Below the pieces are notes generated by a model. The model had not been told where the DNA came from and ran no database searches. It saw only the letters and a program-made list of their open reading frames with translations. DNA of 64,000 nucleotides from an uncultured Candidatus Saccharibacteria bacterium (GTDB taxonomy: Bacteria; Patescibacteriota; Dojkabacteria; J137): NCBI GenBank assembly GCA_964620955.1, contig CAZUKH010000001.1:53481-117480 (forward strand), in the 5' to 3' direction. Position numbers and translations under genes: made by a program. Shown in pieces: positions 1-9,569 of the stretch (the stretch's first letter is position 1; the number at the start of each line of letters is the position of its first letter).

Positions 1-1484
1 TCACCTCCAATAGCCGGGGTGTCATTAAAATAGCGCAAAGATCTGTTATATGCAGAAAGCGGGCTGGCCAAAGTAAAGTTTATGTCATTAGGAATAGCAG
101 GTTCGCTAGTTGGCACAGGGTTAATAGTTTTATTTTGGAAAAGAAGAGTACGCATTTGGTGCCCAGGCCTTGTTGCATGGATAGACGAATAAAAACTTGA
201 TACTCCTGAATCCCCTGTATTATTGTCGGTCATTTGCAGTGTTATGCGATAGTCATTTCCAGCACCAACAACTGTTGGCGGATTTGTTACTACTACCCCC
301 GGTTTATTTAAATCAATATTTATACTTCCTTTAAACTTATAAACTGTTGAGTCAGTTGCTGTTGCATAGGATGTAAATCTGTTTCCCATAGCGTCTTCCA
401 TTACAGCTAGTACATAAACATTCATTTTTCCGGAAGGAAAAGTATTTTCGAATCTAAGCTGAAAGTTTGCACTAGCAGTGTTACCTACTCTGGAATAAGT
501 TGTACTACCCCCAATATTAGTTACAGTTAACGAATTCCAGGCATTACTTAGCGATCCTGAAGAAGCATTACCAGTCCATGCGCCACCGTTACCAAGCATG
601 CTTACCTGCCCATTATCTAGGTTAATCCTTACTGCACCAGTACGTGCATTAGCTATTTTTTGATTTAATATTGTATCGTCAGGCACATCTCCTCTTTCTG
701 CGAAAGGCCCAGTATCGGGAATTATTCCCACCCATATTTCTCTAAAGGTCAAATTGCTGTTAGGATCTGTAAAGTTAACCCTGTATGTTATTGGATTATG
801 AACATTTGGTTCTCCAAACTGACCAATATAGCCAAAGCCGCAGGTATCCGCCGAAATGATCCCTGATTCGGTTGCATATACAACAGCTGGTGTTCTAAAC
901 CGCCATACTGCAGAGGATCGACACCTTTGCGGATTGCATTTGTTAATGTACCAGCAATAGTCAGTGTTCCAGTTTAACTCTCTAGTATAAATACCATATT
1001 GCTGTCCGCCATATTGGATCAGACTTCCTGCAGTGTAATTTCCATAAACACCAGTGCAGCCAGGTGAAATATATGTTATGAATCTATTACTGCCAGGAAT
1101 GCACGAATTTCCCCAGTCACCTTGATCACGCCACCTTAACTGTGTAATATTGTCAGTTATTGTGGAGTTATTAACAGGAGAAATTTGCAGAACTGGCAAA
1201 GATGGCTGTGCTGGAGAACAACCGGGTGGCGGTACTGCTGGAGGAGGTGTTCCAAGAGGACAAGCAGAACATCCACAAGGACCAGGATCATAACAAAAGT
1301 GTGCACCTGTAGTACAATTAATCCATGTTGTACACCGAGCTATAGTACATTCTGTATGCCAACCCGCAGGACAACATGAGCCATCACTGCACTGTGCTTG
1401 AGCAGGGCTAATAAACAGGGATAATGTTTGCAACAATATTCCAGTAATTAAAATGAATTTGAATGTTTTTATAATTTTTTGCAT
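1..1484 (-). CDS. Large secreted Cys-rich protein with FN3-like module (partial, runs off the window's left edge)
   Basis: Not in the ORF track. Manual translation from ATG at 1484: MQKIIKTFKFILITGILLQTLSLFISPAQA (signal peptide), then QCSDGSCCPAGWHTECTIARCTTWINC..., a Pro-rich linker and LRWRDQGDWGNSC...DYCWY. About 200 codons were translated without a stop; the rest was not fully checked. Confidence 0.8.
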   Translation of the reverse strand, partial: MQKIIKTFKFILITGILLQTLSLFISPAQAQCSDGSCCPAGWHTECTIARCTTWINCTTGAHFCYDPGPCGCSACPLGTPPPAVPPPGCSPAQPSLPVLQISPVNNSTITDNITQLRWRDQGDWGNSCIPGSNRFITYISPGCTGVYGNYTAGSLIQYGGQQYGIYTRELNWNTDYCWYINKCNPQRCRSSAVWRFRTPAVVYATESGIISADTCGFGYIGQFGEPNVHNPITYRVNFTDPNSNLTFREIWVGIIPDTGPFAERGDVPDDTILNQKIANARTGAVRINLDNGQVSMLGNGGAWTGNASSGSLSNAWNSLTVTNIGGSTTYSRVGNTASANFQLRFENTFPSGKMNVYVLAVMEDAMGNRFTSYATATDSTVYKFKGSINIDLNKPGVVVTNPPTVVGAGNDYRITLQMTDNNTGDSGVSSFYSSIHATRPGHQMRTLLFQNKTINPVPTSEPAIPNDINFTLASPLSAYNRSLRYFNDTPAIGG

Positions 1485-1843
1485 TGTAAATATTTTAGCT
1501 GGTTTTTTGTTTGTTCAATAGTAACCCCAATACTTATTGTTTCACATTCTGGAGGAACAATGTACTCAAGATCCTGGCTTGAAGTTGAAATAAAACTAAA
1601 TCCTGAAAGTTGTGACTTAATATTATTATCTAATTCAAATTTAACAAATTGTGAGCCAATTTTAATATTAAATGCTTCCTGACTTCTACTTAACTTAGTT
1701 TTTGCAGGGTCTAAAGTATACTCAAATAAGCTCCCTTCAGAAAAACCTTGAAGAGTAGAAATACTAGTAAGATTTAAAACGCCTGCAATAGATGCTATTG
1801 CAGATATCACAAAAATTGAGATTGTAATTATTTGTTTAATCAT
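1469..1843 (-). CDS. Hypothetical N-terminally anchored protein
   Basis: 124-aa ORF with N-terminal hydrophobic helix; overlaps both neighbours, operon-like. Confidence 0.65.
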   Translation of the reverse strand: MIKQIITISIFVISAIASIAGVLNLTSISTLQGFSEGSLFEYTLDPAKTKLSRSQEAFNIKIGSQFVKFELDNNIKSQLSGFSFISTSSQDLEYIVPPECETISIGVTIEQTKNQLKYLQCKKL

Positions 1844-2334
1844 AAAGATTTTAAAATTGCCTGAGATACATTAGATATGCCTGTAGATATGTCGGTCTTG
1901 ACCGTCAACTGCACTATATTACCTTCATTTATTAGTGCAAATGGTGAATTTACTGACTGACTACTAAGCTCATCAAAATATATTCCATTTTTTTCAAATT
2001 CTGTTGAAAGATATATTGTCTCCTGTAATGAATCATTATTTGCAAAGTTATTAACAGCAGTACCAACATCAGAGTTTGTAGTTGATACAGATTTAAATAC
2101 GATTTCATAACCATCAAGTACTTTATTTACCCTAATTATTTCGCCTGTAATTACTTTTACAACTTTTACCGGTTTAATATCTCTAAAGTAAGGGTTAAGC
2201 GGAAGTACGTTTGAGTAAGGTGTTGGACCTAGATTATTTATATCTTTATTCTTTAAATATGTTGTTGTTGCAAAAAAAGTTAAAGATACTAACGCTAGGA
2301 ATATGCCAAGAAAGAAAAGCCCATTTTTTTTCAT
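1840..2334 (-). CDS. Hypothetical N-terminally anchored protein
   Basis: 164-aa ORF, MKK plus hydrophobic segment; ATGA overlap with the downstream gene. Confidence 0.7.
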   Translation of the reverse strand: MKKNGLFFLGIFLALVSLTFFATTTYLKNKDINNLGPTPYSNVLPLNPYFRDIKPVKVVKVITGEIIRVNKVLDGYEIVFKSVSTTNSDVGTAVNNFANNDSLQETIYLSTEFEKNGIYFDELSSQSVNSPFALINEGNIVQLTVKTDISTGISNVSQAILKSL

Positions 2335-2338
2335 ATTA

Positions 2339-2944
2339 TTAAATCATACCAACTAAAGGTTTAAACGTTTTTCTATGAAAATTACTCACACCAAATTTAA
2401 GCAAAGACTCCAAGTGCATTTTTGTACCATAGCCTTTATGATTTTCGAATCCATACTGAGGAAATTTTAAGCTTTTTTTTATCATTAATGCATCTCTAGC
2501 TACCTTTGCTAAAATTGAAGCTGCTGCAACACTGTAAAACTTCGAATCTGCTTTAGGTGAAATTAAAATATTACTAGCCTTTATATTTTTAAATACTCCG
2601 TCTATAACAAAAAATGTTTTACCATTATCATATTTTTCGATTGCCTTGATAACTAAAGATTCTATTGTTTGTGATATACCTAAAGTGTCAATATCGTTAA
2701 CATTACCGTAATAAACTTGAGAATCATAAATCGCAAGCTCCTTTGCAATCTTTTCCCGTTTTATTTTAGAGACTTTTTTAGAATCATTTACACCTTCTAC
2801 TATGTCATCCCCTGGAAAATAGGAAAATGCTCCCACAGCTACTGGCCCTGCCCAACAACCTCTTCCCACTTCATCAATGCCAACTACTCTTGTGAAATTA
2901 GTATGCTTTATGGTTTCAATATCTTTAGTTGGGAGTAAACTCAT
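2339..2944 (-). CDS. rnhB: Ribonuclease HII
   Basis: GIDEVGRGCWAGP, DSKK, AAASILAKVARD, HKGYGT motifs. Confidence 0.97.
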   Translation of the reverse strand: MSLLPTKDIETIKHTNFTRVVGIDEVGRGCWAGPVAVGAFSYFPGDDIVEGVNDSKKVSKIKREKIAKELAIYDSQVYYGNVNDIDTLGISQTIESLVIKAIEKYDNGKTFFVIDGVFKNIKASNILISPKADSKFYSVAAASILAKVARDALMIKKSLKFPQYGFENHKGYGTKMHLESLLKFGVSNFHRKTFKPLVGMI

Positions 2945-2980
2945 ATACTTATACTACACGGCATAAAGTGCATAGGCAAG

Positions 2981-3733
2981 TTACTTTAAACCAAGAAAAC
3001 AATCAAGCGCAAGAAAGTTTTTTGTTGCATCTGTTTTACATTCACCATATGCCCTGCGCACAAAATACTCTTTTTGAACCTTTGGAACACTGTCGAAAAT
3101 ATTGGTTGGCTTTACGCTTGTGCTGCTTAGTGACCAAAGTTGTACTTGGAGAAAATATGCTACAAGGAGTAAAAAACATACAAATAAAAATCTTTTTAAA
3201 AACATTATTGATACTATTTTTCCTTTGACCTTTGTTTTTTTTAAAATTTTAGGGGCAATAAATAACCCGAGTCCTATACCTGCTAATATCCCTGTTATAA
3301 AACGCATCAAGCTATTGCTAAAATATGCATTTGTACTTAATAGTGTTCCATTTGGAGATAACAAAAGAATTGTATTTAAGGTTTGAATACCACCGTCTAA
3401 AGCAATTGGCAACAAGAATATAATTAGCCATGCAAATTTGATTTCGGGTAAAAACTTGGTTTTATATCCTATTGAAGCAGCTAAAACGCCTCCCCATATT
3501 GCCATATCCCTAACACACCAGGCATACTGGTGATCTAGTATAAATAATGATCGCGAGTCAAACTGGTGACACATAAAACTAAAAACGAAATATATTGCTT
3601 TTGCGGGATTATGTAACCCCAAAAAGCTAAGTACTGGTGCGATGACAGGTAAAAGCACAATTAAGCAAAGAAATGAGAAGTACCAAAACTCAAGGTTTTT
3701 TAAAACTTTTAAATTTTGCATGTTAATCACCAA
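2981..3733 (-). CDS. DUF2085-type membrane protein
   Basis: CHQ...RS...CVRD motif, LPIALDGG and multiple TM helices. Confidence 0.8.
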   Translation of the reverse strand: MVINMQNLKVLKNLEFWYFSFLCLIVLLPVIAPVLSFLGLHNPAKAIYFVFSFMCHQFDSRSLFILDHQYAWCVRDMAIWGGVLAASIGYKTKFLPEIKFAWLIIFLLPIALDGGIQTLNTILLLSPNGTLLSTNAYFSNSLMRFITGILAGIGLGLFIAPKILKKTKVKGKIVSIMFLKRFLFVCFLLLVAYFLQVQLWSLSSTSVKPTNIFDSVPKVQKEYFVRRAYGECKTDATKNFLALDCFLGLK

Positions 3734-4421
3734 TTAGGGTTCCTATTGACGTATCAAATTGTATAGCTTTTTCAAGGTTGTCAAGATTTCTTCCATCCAT
3801 TATAAAAATACTAATGCCTTTTTGCATTGCAAGCTGTGAAGCTTTTGGATCTACAGGAAAATGGCCCCCAGGCTCAAAGTCTGTTTTGTTTCCAATTATA
3901 TTAAAATATTCCTGCCAGGTTAGTTTATTAATCTTTTTGGCATTTGGATTGTTTTTTGGGTCAGAAGTATAAACACCGTTAACATTTTTCATACTGATTA
4001 TACTCTTGGCACCGGATCTTACTGCTATTAAAACTGCATCGTAGTCGCTCGAATGGCCTGGACCAACCGCACCAACACACAAAAACTTTTCTTCAAATTC
4101 AAGCTTAGTGTCTTCTATAATAGATTTTGATATAAGTGGTTCATCAACAACATTGTCGTTAAAAACTGCTCTAAGCATAGTTGCATTTAAGTTACATGCT
4201 GCAGTACCTATCCAATGCACATCTCTTTCATCTCCACTGTTTTTTTGGACAAGTTTTTGATATGAGCGAGCAAGAGTACCTCCTCCGGTAATGATTATAA
4301 ACTGGTAGTCTGTTTGCATTAATTTGGTTTTAATATTTAATGCAGCTTGTACATCAAATAACTTGTCTAAAGATGGGGATAATATAGACCCTCCAAGTTT
4401 GATAATTAATTGTTGTTTCAT
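3723..4421 (-). CDS. pyrH: UMP kinase (archaeal-type)
   Basis: IIKLGGS, TGGGTLARSY, GHSSDYDA, NVNGVYTSDPK, VDPKA motifs. Likely start is ATG 4421 (MKQQL) rather than 4478. Confidence 0.9.
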   Translation of the reverse strand: MKQQLIIKLGGSILSPSLDKLFDVQAALNIKTKLMQTDYQFIIITGGGTLARSYQKLVQKNSGDERDVHWIGTAACNLNATMLRAVFNDNVVDEPLISKSIIEDTKLEFEEKFLCVGAVGPGHSSDYDAVLIAVRSGAKSIISMKNVNGVYTSDPKNNPNAKKINKLTWQEYFNIIGNKTDFEPGGHFPVDPKASQLAMQKGISIFIMDGRNLDNLEKAIQFDTSIGTLIGD

Positions 4422-4428
4422 TTTGTTG

Positions 4429-4695
4429 TTAGTAATTACTGCCTCCTGTGCCTCTATTTTGAAGCCATTGTATGCCAAAATATATTAATGGGGTAAGGCA
4501 CAAGCCTATTATTAGAGTGTTTAGGGTTTTTCCGAAAAGCAGTCCAATCCCTTCAGATCCATAGAGAGTAATTGGGAAACCTCCAGCAAGCGGAATATTT
4601 GTAGCGGAAGTAAAAAAGAAATTAATAACAAAAGAAACTATAAATGAAATAACTGCAGAAAAAATTAAATATTGTTTTTTCGCTGGATCATCCAT
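4429..4695 (-). CDS. Small two-TM membrane protein
   Basis: 88-aa ORF with two hydrophobic helices, in operon orientation. Confidence 0.65.
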   Translation of the reverse strand: MDDPAKKQYLIFSAVISFIVSFVINFFFTSATNIPLAGGFPITLYGSEGIGLLFGKTLNTLIIGLCLTPLIYFGIQWLQNRGTGGSNY

Positions 4696-4752
4696 AACTG
4701 AGTAAATTAAGTAATAATCTAAACTATTTTATAATCTTTTTATTAATTTGTC

Positions 4753-6030
4753 TTATCCAACTACAATTTCTTTAATTTTGCCCCATGTGGAAGAAACTGT
4801 GTCTTCCCAGTTGTAAGACTTTGCAATTTTGTAACCTTTTTTAATTAAAGAATCTCGTTCATTCTTAATTTTTAATAATTTGCTAATTTGCTGTACTGTT
4901 TTAGTCACATCTTTAGCATCCACTAATACTGACCCATTTTTTACAATCTCTGGTAAACAGGAAGATGAATTAACTATTGACGGAACTTTAGCAGCCATAG
5001 CCTGCAAAGGGCCGAAACCAAAGCCTTCATAATCAGAGAAATAAATATAGACTTTTGCCTGAGATAATATTGTTAACAAATCATTATCTTCAATCCGACC
5101 AGTTGCACAAATATGATCTATTATGCCAAGCTCTTTACATTTTTTTAGAAACGTTTTTCCGTTTTCGCTATTGGCGTTAATATTTGCACCAACTCCTTGG
5201 GTTAAATCAGATCCAGTAACTACAAAATGGCGAATAGAGCTTTTTGGATTTTCTTTCCAAAAACTGAATAGAGTGAGTAATAAATTACTAATACCTTTAT
5301 TTCCTTCTAAACCTGAATCATAGAAAAAATATTTATGTGAATCCAATCCAAACCTTTTCATTGTTGAATCAATTACTTCTTGGGTAGGGCTAATGTTAAA
5401 AAACTTTTCGTCTATTCCTAGATAAACTCGCTTTATTTTTGATTCATCAACCCGACCATATTTTATTAAATCTAGTTTTGAAAAGTCAGAACTGGTAAAA
5501 ACCACGTCTGCTTTTTTAACCCCTTGCCACAAGAATTGGTAAAATTGCTTTTTTAACAGATTAGACAAAGTGCCGTATTGTGAGAACTTATTTGTTACAA
5601 GTGGTATTACATCATGAACAGTAACAGCAGTTTTAACATTAGGAAACGAGTGCTTTAAGTATGGGGTAGATGGCAAACCTCTTTCAAAATGTGGGGCAAA
5701 ATATATTGAAGGTTCAAACTCAAATATTATTTCATCGTATTGCTTCCAACGAAAAATATTTCTTATTCCCGATACCTTGGGACTTCCCAAAGAAAAAAAC
5801 TCAATCTTTGGTGATATTTCATCAATACTAAATGGAGTAAAGCCTAAATCTATCAAATTTTTAGCAAGATCGTAAAAACCTATTAAACCAATTTCCCAAT
5901 CTTTTTCATCAATAACCATTGGAATGAGTCTTTTTAATACTTCTTTTGCATATCTCCCAATTCCTCTGTAACCATACTGGTCAAAAAGGCAGGTCACATC
6001 TATTAGTAGTTTTTTGTTTAATGAGTTCAT
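4753..6030 (-). CDS. Glycosyltransferase family 4
   Basis: RGIGRY, VHDVIP, EGFGFGPLQAMA motifs. Start ATG 6030 overlaps the upstream TGA (ATGA). Confidence 0.9.
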   Translation of the reverse strand: MNSLNKKLLIDVTCLFDQYGYRGIGRYAKEVLKRLIPMVIDEKDWEIGLIGFYDLAKNLIDLGFTPFSIDEISPKIEFFSLGSPKVSGIRNIFRWKQYDEIIFEFEPSIYFAPHFERGLPSTPYLKHSFPNVKTAVTVHDVIPLVTNKFSQYGTLSNLLKKQFYQFLWQGVKKADVVFTSSDFSKLDLIKYGRVDESKIKRVYLGIDEKFFNISPTQEVIDSTMKRFGLDSHKYFFYDSGLEGNKGISNLLLTLFSFWKENPKSSIRHFVVTGSDLTQGVGANINANSENGKTFLKKCKELGIIDHICATGRIEDNDLLTILSQAKVYIYFSDYEGFGFGPLQAMAAKVPSIVNSSSCLPEIVKNGSVLVDAKDVTKTVQQISKLLKIKNERDSLIKKGYKIAKSYNWEDTVSSTWGKIKEIVVG

Positions 6031-8300
6031 TGGCTTATTCGTTTGACAAGCTGGACTAGCCAATCCAGCGATCGATCATAATTATCGACTGAGATTATAC
6101 CATCTTTGTATGTTATCACCTTATCACGATCTAAAATAAACTCAACAGAATAAAGATTGTTATTATGATAAAAATTTAAAATATATTTTTCTCCCCATGA
6201 TTTTCCCGGATGCTTTTGAATCAAAAGTCTATATGTACCTAAGCTGTTATAATTAAGATTTGCTGGAAGGGCATAGCTTACGTTTAACTCGTCTCCTGGT
6301 ATTGGATCAGAATCGCTGAATCTTCTATGATCAAATTGAATAATATTATCGCTTACATCTTTATTTAATACCTCATCATAATAGTTTTCAGGGTAGTACC
6401 AAAGGTAACCGGACCTTTCTAAACCATCAGAGCTTACGGCTGTAGTTCCTATTGGCATAAACATTCTTACCCATGCGCGGTAAGAGTATGTCGTACTTGG
6501 AGAATACTGATTGTACAGGCTATCATTATAAACTTGGGGCTGCTGCCAGGTAACCCTAACATGCCTTGTTATTGAGCCATCTTCTGCAATATTTATTGAT
6601 TGCGTTACATCATTTCTTACCCATTTATTTAACTTAAGTGAACAGTTTTGTGCTTCATTAAGGTGAAAATAATCGCCTTCATACTCCTTTGCAAACTCAC
6701 CGCTCATGCCATATTTATCAAAGTATGCTTGCATATTAGGATTTGGTGAAAAAAATGCCAAATCTCTTGCTTTTATTCCACTTACTAATGTATCAACGAG
6801 TTTTGGAAGAGTTTCAATATCTAGCTCATAAAACTTTTCTTTTGCAGCGTTGGCTATTTGCTCTATAATTTCCTTTCTATCTGCACTGTAAGACTTTGAA
6901 GGATCATCAGTATCTGCCTTAATAAAATCAAACAACGTATCTGCAGTTACTACACCAAATCCTTCAACTACTAGGGGTTGAATAATGTTTAGTAGATTTT
7001 CGGCAAACGTAAAATTCAAGTTGAGTATGTGATCATAAGCAGGAAAATTTGCATTGTCGTAAGCTGAAGCCTGATTATAGTATTGTGAAAAAGCTGCCAT
7101 AGTCCACTTTAGATCGGGGTATATGCCCACATCCTGGGCTCTTAACCAAAAACCTCCACATCCCTGCAACATGAGTGTTAATTGACCATAAATATTTCTG
7201 TACCCTACATCTATTCCTAAAGCTCCTAGGTAATTTTCCAGGTTCCATGAATCTGTAAGGGTTATATTACTCTGCAAATTTCCCTTATCAATAGTCATAC
7301 TTCCATAAGCAGTTATAATTCCACCTGAAGATCTCATTTCTGCTTCGTTTTGAAGTATAAGCATATATCTTGTTGGCGCATTTGCACCTATAAGCTCGGG
7401 CACATACTCTAAAAACTCCAAAACCTGACTAGAAATACTTGGAAACTCTTTTTCAACTTTTTTGATTTGGGCTGTTAGCTCTGCTGGATTTATTCCTGCA
7501 ACAGAAGGTATATAGTTTGGATCTAATTTAGCAAATGTGTGAATTATTTTTATAATATCCTCTTCTACTGATTTATAAAGATCTAGGTATTGGGGCAGTT
7601 CTGCCATGACTAGTGCAAATGAGCTTGTTTCATCTTCCGAGTTTTGTGTAGGCATTTCTTCCGCTAATTTGGGAGTCACAGTAAACCCAGTTTTTTCAAG
7701 GATTTGGGTTAAAGTTGGGAGCACTTTATTAACTAAATCCTGCACTTGTCCTACTGCTTCGATTAAAATGTCTATATTAGTATAGTACCCTTTGGTTAAA
7801 TTCAGCGTTTTTAGAAACTCAAAATCAGAAAGTATTGCTACAACATTATCAAGTTCCGAAGATACTTTTTTAAATCTAGCCTCAAGGTTAGAGATGTCTT
7901 TATTTCCGATTTCCGAAATTAAAGCTTCAGATTCCGCTTCAATCGTATCTAAAGAGTTTTTAACCTTAAGTGCTGGGACAACTATTCCAAGATAAGTAAT
8001 AATACCAACAACTCCAAGTATAAGCAAGATAGCTAATGAAAAAACAGCAATTCGCTTTATTCTTTTATTTTTTGCTCTTTTTGCCTTTTTTTTATTTAGA
8101 TCTTCTTGTAAATTTGCAGCTATCTTTTTCTTTTTTTTACTTTTTTTGAACCGTGGAATACGTAACTTCCCAAAAAAATTGCGTCTTTTAGAATTTGGAA
8201 TCTTATCTTTTTCATAAGGCAATTCATCTAAATCAAGAGTGTTTAGCTCAATATTGCCAGACTTATCTTCTTTAAGTGTAAGTTTTTTTTCTTTTGGCAT
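6027..8300 (-). CDS. DUF4012 domain membrane-anchored protein
   Basis: Basic N-terminus, TM helix, helical region and YMLILQNEAEMRSSGG motif typical of DUF4012. Confidence 0.8.
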   Translation of the reverse strand: MPKEKKLTLKEDKSGNIELNTLDLDELPYEKDKIPNSKRRNFFGKLRIPRFKKSKKKKKIAANLQEDLNKKKAKRAKNKRIKRIAVFSLAILLILGVVGIITYLGIVVPALKVKNSLDTIEAESEALISEIGNKDISNLEARFKKVSSELDNVVAILSDFEFLKTLNLTKGYYTNIDILIEAVGQVQDLVNKVLPTLTQILEKTGFTVTPKLAEEMPTQNSEDETSSFALVMAELPQYLDLYKSVEEDIIKIIHTFAKLDPNYIPSVAGINPAELTAQIKKVEKEFPSISSQVLEFLEYVPELIGANAPTRYMLILQNEAEMRSSGGIITAYGSMTIDKGNLQSNITLTDSWNLENYLGALGIDVGYRNIYGQLTLMLQGCGGFWLRAQDVGIYPDLKWTMAAFSQYYNQASAYDNANFPAYDHILNLNFTFAENLLNIIQPLVVEGFGVVTADTLFDFIKADTDDPSKSYSADRKEIIEQIANAAKEKFYELDIETLPKLVDTLVSGIKARDLAFFSPNPNMQAYFDKYGMSGEFAKEYEGDYFHLNEAQNCSLKLNKWVRNDVTQSINIAEDGSITRHVRVTWQQPQVYNDSLYNQYSPSTTYSYRAWVRMFMPIGTTAVSSDGLERSGYLWYYPENYYDEVLNKDVSDNIIQFDHRRFSDSDPIPGDELNVSYALPANLNYNSLGTYRLLIQKHPGKSWGEKYILNFYHNNNLYSVEFILDRDKVITYKDGIISVDNYDRSLDWLVQLVKRISQ

Positions 8301-8387
8301 ACTTTTACAATTTGATCATGAAAGTATACCAAAAATATTAATAAGCAGCAGAAACACATTGAAGTCATATTTTGAAAATCAAAAAAG

Positions 8388-9377
8388 CTATTTGCTTTTT
8401 TTCCCCCCAGCATTTACTTCATATGCGGTGTTGACTGTTTCAAAGAAGTTAACCAGCTGGAAAGTATCATTGGCTGTTGTCATCCATTTTGCAGGATTTG
8501 GCACGTTAAACTCGGGTTGGAACCCTAATTCTTCGAGCCTCCTATCTGCTACATACATTACGTATCGATTAATAAACTCGGAATTAAGCCCTAAAATCCC
8601 ATTTGGCAAAAGCTCGCTATTGTAAGCTTTTTCCAGCTCAACAGCTTCTAGAATTATTTTTCGAATTTCGTCCGCAAAATCTGTTGTAACTATTTCAGGA
8701 TGCTCCTCAAGCACAGTAAGAATAATATTAATTCCTAGTTTTAAATGTAAGGCTTCATCTCGGGCAACCCAGTCTGTAATTGTTCCAAAGTTTCTCATTA
8801 AATTTCTTTGTCGAAAGCTTAATGCAAACATAAACCCGCTGTAAAACCATATACCTTCAGTAACAATATTTGTTTTAACAATGTTTTTTATAAAGTCCTG
8901 CTTACCTTCTTTTGTTGTTACATCAATTTTTCCTTCCCGCATATTTTCGATTGAACCTACTAAAAATGTTTCTTTGGCTTTAACAGTTTTAAGATCGTTG
9001 TGAATATTGAATGCTTTTTTTCTATCAATTTCTAAAGTGTTTATTAAATAGTCAAATGAAAGGGCATGGTTGACTTCTTCCCATTCTTGTCGCACAAGGC
9101 ACATTACAACTTCCGGTGCGTTAATAAATGGCTTCATTCCGTTGTCTATTGACTCATTAACCTCATACTCCATAGGATTAGAAAATCCTATGTAAGTAAT
9201 TACAGCATTTTTTTCTTCATCACTCATTTTTCGCCAGTTCTCAAGATCTTCTGCCAGTGGCACTTCGTGTGGGAACCAGGTGTTGGCTATTGCTTGATCC
9301 AAAAGTTCTTCTGCCCATTTATACTCAATTTTACTTAGTTGAAGTTCGTCTCCTTTTTGCTTTTTTCTTAGTAACAT
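8388..9377 (-). CDS. nrdB: Ribonucleotide reductase beta subunit (class Ic signature)
   Basis: WFPHEV, EEVNHALSF, EGIWFYSGF, RDEALH, NFFE...Y motifs. Confidence 0.95.
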   Translation of the reverse strand: MLLRKKQKGDELQLSKIEYKWAEELLDQAIANTWFPHEVPLAEDLENWRKMSDEEKNAVITYIGFSNPMEYEVNESIDNGMKPFINAPEVVMCLVRQEWEEVNHALSFDYLINTLEIDRKKAFNIHNDLKTVKAKETFLVGSIENMREGKIDVTTKEGKQDFIKNIVKTNIVTEGIWFYSGFMFALSFRQRNLMRNFGTITDWVARDEALHLKLGINIILTVLEEHPEIVTTDFADEIRKIILEAVELEKAYNSELLPNGILGLNSEFINRYVMYVADRRLEELGFQPEFNVPNPAKWMTTANDTFQLVNFFETVNTAYEVNAGGKKSK

Positions 9378-9410
9378 TTTTTAAAAGTTAATAATTAATT
9401 ATGAAAAGTT

Positions 9411-9533
9411 CTAAACTTTTTTAAACCTTGGCACTATTTTTCCTTCATACTCTACATTTTCAACAAATTCCTCTAGAGGTCTTAAAAACTTTATACCTTT
9501 AGATTGATTATAATTTGCTTCGTAAACAACTGG
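9411..9533 (-). pseudogene. DUF1653-like gene remnant (C-terminal half only)
   Basis: Translates to PVVYEANYNQSKGIKFLRPLEEFVENVEYEGKIVPRFKKV*, matching the VVY..RP...F......G...PRF pattern. Preceded by an in-frame TAA with no start codon. Confidence 0.7.
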
Positions 9534-9539
9534 TTATGC

Positions 9540-9567
9540 ATCTCTTATCTCTAGTCTCCAGTCTCTA
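9540..9567. repeat. Four tandem degenerate heptamers (ATCTCTT ATCTCTA GTCTCCA GTCTCTA)
   Basis: Directly visible, immediately downstream of the nrdA stop. Confidence 0.75.
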
Positions 9568-9569
9568 AA

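Noticed and set aside
1185-1682. Short plus-strand ORFs here and the many similar antisense ORFs in the track
   Set aside because: They are shadows of well-supported genes on the opposite strand or in another frame.
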